Assembly (NCBI GenBank): GCA_951406725.2
Contig: OX597816.1
Span: 83,452,001 to 83,516,000 of the forward strand
Direction of reading: 5' to 3'
DNA from: Octopus vulgaris
Lineage: Eukaryota
DNA length: 64,000 bases
Within the stretch, counting starts at the first letter, position 1; every line of letters begins with the position of its first letter. This document shows, in pieces, positions 58,136 through 64,000 of the stretch. The position numbers were made by a program, and so were the translations under genes. The notes beneath the pieces are model-generated. The model was given only the letters and a program-made list of their open reading frames with translations, ran no database searches and was not told where the DNA came from.

Positions 58136-58860
58136 TCAACTGAGAGAGGGTGCGTCTCCTCCGTGGCTGGAAGATTCGCCTTCCTCTCCTCATCCCTATT
58201 ATCCTTTGGTGAGCACCCATTGTTGCTCACCTTCCTCTTTCGGCCTCTGTTTGAGGAGTCCTCTGCTTTCTCGGCCGTTATCGTTCCCTCTTCTAGAGGG
58301 GTTTTACTTAACTGTTCCGGGATCCTATTTTGTTCCCGAGGACAGTTCTTCTTTATGTGGCCGGACTCCAAGCACCGATGACACTTAGGGGGGCGACCCT
58401 CAAGTATCACCGGGTACCTGCACCCGGCCATTTTCAAAAAATCTGGAAGAACCAGATCGGCTGATTGGGTCCACAGGGTCAAAATTGCTTTCGACCCAAC
58501 CCAAGCAGCCGCAGGAAGAACTTTTACATTGAGGAGCTTAGTTTCGCTGTCATCCAGACCCCGGCGGATAGTCTCCTCTATCCACTCGGGTTCTATGTCG
58601 GGTGGCAGTCCGCAGATCCAAGCTTTCATCAATTTCTTTTTTTTGTACGTGGGCAGGAATAAGATTTCCTTACCCTCCAAGGGTTTGCTAGCAAATTTGC
58701 AAGCCTCTTCAGGGGTGTCAAATAGCAACCACACCGTTGCATATTTGACACCCCTGGAAATGAATTTAATTGTTGGCAAATACTCTTCCAACTCCTCTTT
58801 TAACCACTTTTTGGGTGGTATGATTTCCCAATCCAAAATTTTGTTATTTTTCATTGCCAT
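58078..58860 (-). CDS. ORF1/Gag-like nucleic-acid-binding protein with RRM-like region and CCHC zinc knuckle
   Basis: 'WLLFDTPEEA', 'WICGLPPDIEPEWI', 'YPVILEGRPPKCHRCLESGHIKKNC', basic tail. Confidence 0.85.
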   Translation of the reverse strand: MAMKNNKILDWEIIPPKKWLKEELEEYLPTIKFISRGVKYATVWLLFDTPEEACKFASKPLEGKEILFLPTYKKKKLMKAWICGLPPDIEPEWIEETIRRGLDDSETKLLNVKVLPAAAWVGSKAILTLWTQSADLVLPDFLKMAGCRYPVILEGRPPKCHRCLESGHIKKNCPREQNRIPEQLSKTPLEEGTITAEKAEDSSNRGRKRKVSNNGCSPKDNRDEERKANLPATEETHPLSVEKGKKRKRGRKTEHYRLSV

Positions 58861-59836
58861 GTTTTTTTTAAAAATATATTCAAATTAAACTCAAAAGCAG
58901 GAAGAAAAAAGTTCAAAAGTCTAAATAAAATTTGATAGATTTTTGAAAAAACAAAAAGGAGAAAGCACAACAGAAGGGAAGAAATTAACGGAAAGTCGCA
59001 ATAAAGAAAAAAACAAAGGGGGGGGGGCTTAAATGAAGTTCAAAAGAAAGTTAATAAACAGAAAAAACACAGCAAAAATATTCTGCGGTACTCCCGGCCT
59101 GGGTTGAACCTGGAACGCCGCAACTGCAACACAACCTCCACAAAAATGGGTCCGAAAGGTAATCCAATAGTGGCTTATTTTTATACTTTTCTTGCGAAGT
59201 ACTCTGACAAGGGAATAAATTCAGCAAACTCAAACACAGCACTGGTTACTGCCAACGGTAATTTTAACAGTAACTGTATTGAATTCTGAGTATACGCCCC
59301 TCCACTGTTTTTTCTTTTTTTTTTTTTTTTCAATGAACACAAAAACGGCAGCCGCCTAGCGCAGGCGAAATTGTCTCAGAGTTGGACACAACCTACTGAA
59401 ATAATAATTGGCACGCAATAAATTATGCCCAACTCACAATAAACAAAATCACTTACCTCGACAACTTTCCGTTTTTGGTCTTTTTTCTTTAGTTGGACAG
59501 AGCTTGTTACTCACGTCCACTCTAGCTCAACAAGAAGCAACCGACTAACTGCGCATGTCTGGTTAGCAAAGCTACTTACCACACAGCCACTCCTGCGCCT
59601 ATAATATATATATATTATATTATATTACATTAATATACGAAAGTAAACAAAGTACATATATATATATATACATATGTGACTCGTATTACTACCTCAGTCA
59701 ATCTAAATGTATATATTTGTCGTTACCTGTCATAAATAGTCTTTTTCTATTTGCAGTATGCATTTTCGTTGATTTTCATATTTTACCCTTACATTTCCAC
59801 GTGTATTCTATATTTTCTTTTCGGAACATATTTCTA

Positions 59837-59871
<35 letters not shown>

Positions 59872-60015
59872 TAATCCAAACAAGAAAACACAAACAAAAC
59901 AAAAAAACACAACAACGCAAGGACGTGGAACAAATAAAGTATTATAGGACGCTCAGGAAAGAAGGGAAGATATATCTATACCTATTAGCTAGATATATCT
60001 ATACATATACGTATA

Positions 60016-60092
60016 TACATATGTTTCGAAGACAACATTTGTTTTATTCCAAATGAATAAACGGTGAAAATGCAATCTTCTCATCAGGAAAG
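60016..60092 (-). ncRNA. HHR core with a long stem II (stem I 3' strand replaced by microsatellite)
   Basis: Minus strand CTTTC-CTGATGA-GAAGA...TCTTC-GAAAC-ATAT-GTA; next to a PLE-like terminus at 59870-59970. Confidence 0.65.
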
Positions 60093-60471
60093 AAAGAAAC
60101 CCTGTCTCAACAACAAGACATTATAACAATTTCGATGACTGCATAAGTAATAAACAGAACGTTATTAAATATTTTAAAAAACCGTTAGTAGATTCGACGT
60201 CAAAGGCAGATACTTGAAAGAGAAGGGGTAAAGAAATAATAAGTAGAGAACAAATAAAGAGGGATACATATGTCGAAAATAAAAGAATTTGAATAGCACC
60301 TGCATTCAGCTCCATTTATTTACTTATACTACACAAATTACTGCACATTTACCCGGAGTCTCTACCTTTGAATTGATCGCTACATCCTTGTTACTTGCGT
60401 GAATTTTGCTACCCTGGTAACTGTTTATTGAATTTTCCATATTAACGGTAAACAAAGGATAATTTATTCAT

Positions 60472-60533
<62 letters not shown>

Positions 60534-60534
60534 G

Positions 60535-60720
60535 CATTGAGTCGAAGCAGGGGCAGCTGAAGAAGGGGAATGTTCCTTGTGTTGTTTGTCTTGTAATCTG
60601 TTTTTTCGTTGTTAAAAAAGGTCCGTTTCCTTGTTTGGTTTTATGTTTTCGTTTCTCGTTGTGTTCTACGTTTATTTGTGGTGTCCTGTACTCATATATG
60701 CATGTATATATACATATAGG
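60535..60720 (+). mobile_element. (TA)n-flanked T-rich terminal fragment; relatives at 52310-52480 (-) and 43300-43450 (-)
   Basis: Shared CTGAAGAAGGGG / CTGATGAAGGGA + T-rich + GTCCTGTACTCATAT sequence. Confidence 0.6.
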
Positions 60721-61734
60721 TGTAGGTATGTACATATATGTATGTATGCATATGTTTTATTTATTAAATTGTTATGATATATTTATATATATATATATCA
60801 GTTAGAGTATTTAAGTTGACAGGAAGAATCGGCAAATGATCTCATTGTTTTATTTTATTAACTAGCAAGCGTAGATTCAGAGTTCGAATACGGTATGGAA
60901 GCCTAATGTTCGTATTACTGTCTCAAGTTTATAGCTATTAAATTTGTACTATTAGATTTTGTCTCCTTTGAATTTGACCTTTTAACCCCTATAAATTATT
61001 TTCGTGAAACAACTATAAAAGCATAAGGATAGCAACATTTGGTTGATGATGATGATGATGATGATGATGATGCTGACGATGATACAGAGAGGAGAGAGGA
61101 GTGGAAAGATCTTGGTGAGGATTAAGACCATAATGGTCGGGAGTACGATGAATTTTGATGAAGCTAATGAGTAGGACTGGACTGGGATGATGGTCATGAC
61201 GATGATGACACCACCATCATCATCAACGGCAGCAGCCACACCAGCAACCGCAGCCGCAGCAGGAGCCGTAGCCGCAGCCGCCGCTGCAGCACCAGCAGCA
61301 GCATCAGTAGTAGCAGTAGCAACAATATCAACAGAGAAAATGATGATGATAATGGTGGTGGTGGTGGCACTGATGATGCTGATGAGGAGAGAGGAGGATA
61401 AGTTTCGAGAAAGAACAGTAACATCAACAACCATAACAGCACCGAAAAGGTTTAGTAAACTGTGAAATGATTCTACATTAGCGTTTCAACGTGTAATCCT
61501 TATCAGTGTGTGCGTGTGTGTATGAGTGTGTGTGTGTTTGTTTGTCTGTGTGTGTGTGCATGTCTATGTAGTGTGTGTATATGTGTGCATGAGCGCGGGT
61601 GTCTGGGAGGTATATACGAAAAGAAACGACGGTTATCACCTACAATACACGTATGGTTAAAAGTACATCACCACACACTCGTGCACACAACACAAGACAC
61701 ATATGCATACATACATACATACATACATACATAG

Positions 61735-62245
61735 ATTGTGGAAATCAGCTACCCAGCTGATGTGAACATAAATCTGTAGAAAAAGAGACTACCAACGTTG
61801 GACTATTGAGAAATCTGCTCTATGCAGATTTATACCGATAATTATTGGGGTATTTAGGATTTATACCTGTAATTATTGGGGTACTAGGATATGCAACAAA
61901 TTGCTTAAATACCAATCTTGAGAAATTAGGCTTCTCAAAATCAGAAAGGGGAGAGCTGATTCGAAGACTACCGATCCAAGCCATCACTGGAACTGTAAAA
62001 ATCTGTAAAACTTTCCAGAAGTTTATCACTTGAGTATATAGGAACATGTCTAAATATGTAAGTATATGCATGAGAAGACTTACATAAAACAAAACATACA
62101 AATATGCACTTATACATACATACATACATACACATATACAAAAATAGCCTGTTGTATGTCGAAATTCCAATGAAGGTGCCTTGAGTCTAGGTTAGAAACC
62201 GGCTTTTTCTCCGTTGGCAAGCAATATTGAAATAAAATTGAAGAA
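61735..62245 (+). mobile_element. REL-LINE 3' fragment in (CATA)n
   Basis: 'IVEISYPAD', 'FIPVIIGVLG', 'IQAITGTVKICKTFQKF*'; (CATA)n on both sides. Confidence 0.8.
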
Positions 62246-62859
62246 TACATACATACAAACGTGCACGCACACACACACAGACACATACACGCGTGTATAC
62301 AAACGTACCAACATGTAGAACCATAGAAGCAAAGATATAACTACATAGAAACCAATATAAACACACATATATGTATTTGCATGTATGCGTGTATGTACGT
62401 ACGTATGTATATATGTATATGTGTGTATGAGTGTGTTTGAGTGTGTGTGAGTGTGTTGTTCTCTGTGTATGTGTATGGCATTAAATCGCACCCTAGATTA
62501 AACTGTCACTATGCCTTCTACGGATGACTTGTCTTTCACCAGATTACTTCCCGTTGACACCTCGACTTCTGGTTGCCAGAAATAGAGTTTGGGTTTTTAC
62601 TCTCTTTCATGTTTCTACTATAACTTTCACTATATTCTTTCGATTCGGACTTTCTACATTTACAAATGTGGCCCCCGCCACACAAAACTCGTTATGAAGC
62701 TGATATTTTACACTCAAAGTTCAAACACCGTTGCAGTGAACTTATCATTCTTTCAAGGTCGATAAAATTAGTACCAGATAAGCTCTGGGGTCGATATTAT
62801 CGACTTTGCTTCTGCCCTTTGAAATTGCTGGTCTTGTGTCAAAGTTAGGATCTATTATT

Positions 62860-63330
62860 AAGTGAGAGAGCAATGCTTGCCATCAAAGTAACACTGCAAT
62901 ACAAATATACGAAGTGCAATGTATTCACCATAACTTCCCGTCTGATAAGGGTACACGAGGCACGTGCATCACAATCATATGAGCGTGACATGATGAATTT
63001 TTATCAAGTTAAATAACGCATGATCTTATATCAAGATAAATAATGCATGATAAATAACGCAAGTGGTCCCAGCAAAATATTTCTTCAGGTCGAGAGACAC
63101 ATCTTGCTCAAACGTCCCAAAAGAATACGAACGAAACACCCATATTTCCAGGAGTGAATTATTCAAACCCGAAAGAATTCCTCTCAACCCATGGCTATTA
63201 TGTACACTACTATTCCTGCATATGATCAGAAATGCACCAGACACTTAGCGACGTGTTCATCTGGTTAAGGTCCGGCAAGTGACAAGCAAATTTGCGGTGT
63301 TGAGCGGAATATTTGTTGTAGCTCATCTTT
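62860..63330 (-). mobile_element. Second, more diverged copy of the 20838-21410 repeat
   Basis: Colinear similarity. Confidence 0.7.
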
Positions 63331-63654
63331 TGCACTAAAAAAAGAGAAAAACCACAAAACAACAGTTAAGTTCAGAAACCATTAAAGCCACTACGCTGTC
63401 AGAATCATTAGCACGCCAGGACAAAGCGGAATACTCGTGTCTGATAGCGATTACATTAACGAAAGTACAGCACTTACTACCAAGATTTACTTGTTTATGA
63501 GAGACAGACTTGTGTAAGTTTATGAATCCAATCCAAATCACACACGTACACACACATGCACATACACAAGCACACACACAGAACCGCATTCACACATGGC
63601 ATCTAACCTCATTACCTATTTTTCTTTCAATCTCTTCCCGTATTGTCCATCTAT

Positions 63655-63697
63655 TTTTCCTTCTGATGCAGGACTAGCTTCCGAAACGTCAATACTC
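63655..63697 (+). ncRNA. Degenerate minimal HHR
   Basis: CTGATGC-A-GGA-CTAGCT-TCC-GAAACGTC; A9>C and weak stem I. Confidence 0.5.
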
Positions 63698-63815
63698 TTT
63701 GTCTGGTGTCGTGCGAATCCGCATGTGCAGGATGCAATAAAGGAAATGAGAAGCGTGAGAGATGGGTGTAGATCTAGATCTTAATTTATTCACATAGATA
63801 ACTAGATAAATAGAT

Positions 63816-63850
<35 letters not shown>

Positions 63851-64000
63851 CAGAGAGAAAGAGGAAAAGAGAGAGAGAGAGGGTGAGAGAGGTGGAGAGA
63901 GAGAAGGGGGCAGAAGGAGAAAAGTCAAAGTGGGAAAATGCACAGAACCATATTGAAAGCGAATCTCCCATCTCTCAAAGCAATTTTAGAAATTATGGCG

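Larger units (their letters stand above)
57404..59560 (-). mobile_element. ORF1-only non-autonomous Tx1/L1-like retroelement
   Basis: Gag-like ORF; AATAAA at the 3' junction; imperfect TSD of about 16 bp (GGTAAACAAGCTACTT / GGTTAGCAAAGCTACTT); no RT or endonuclease. Confidence 0.75.
56995..59599 (-). mobile_element. SINE family A split by a 2.15-kb insertion (SINE parts 56995-57403 and 59561-59599)
   Basis: The SINE sequence resumes AAGCTACTTACCACACAGCCACTCCTGCGCC after the insert. Confidence 0.9.

Overview
AT-rich, microsatellite-saturated animal DNA with no recognisable host gene. The SINE and microsatellite repertoire suggests an octopus (coleoid) intron or intergenic region, which is an inference. 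Nearly all ORF-track entries are translations of simple repeats. Recognisable content: (1) a 5'-truncated Penelope-like element (RT + GIY-YIG) embedded in (TA)n; (2) about a dozen type-I hammerhead-ribozyme (HHR) motifs from several unrelated short non-coding elements, often (TA)n-flanked, several arranged as fold-backs or tandem pseudo-LTRs; (3) seven 5'-truncated REL-endonuclease (R4/Dong-like) LINE fragments in (TAA)n/(TAG)n or (CATA)n tracts; (4) a 2.15-kb ORF1-only Tx1/L1-like element inserted with a TSD into the tRNA head of a SINE, with a candidate -1 frameshift; (5) RTE fragments, one 5'-inverted with a TSD; (6) Tc1, hAT-MITE and Helitron remnants; (7) four tRNA-derived SINE families, including nested and inverted copies. 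The most interesting signals are the ribozyme-bearing mini-elements and the SINE-inserted ORF1-only element. All structures were read by eye and need computational confirmation.
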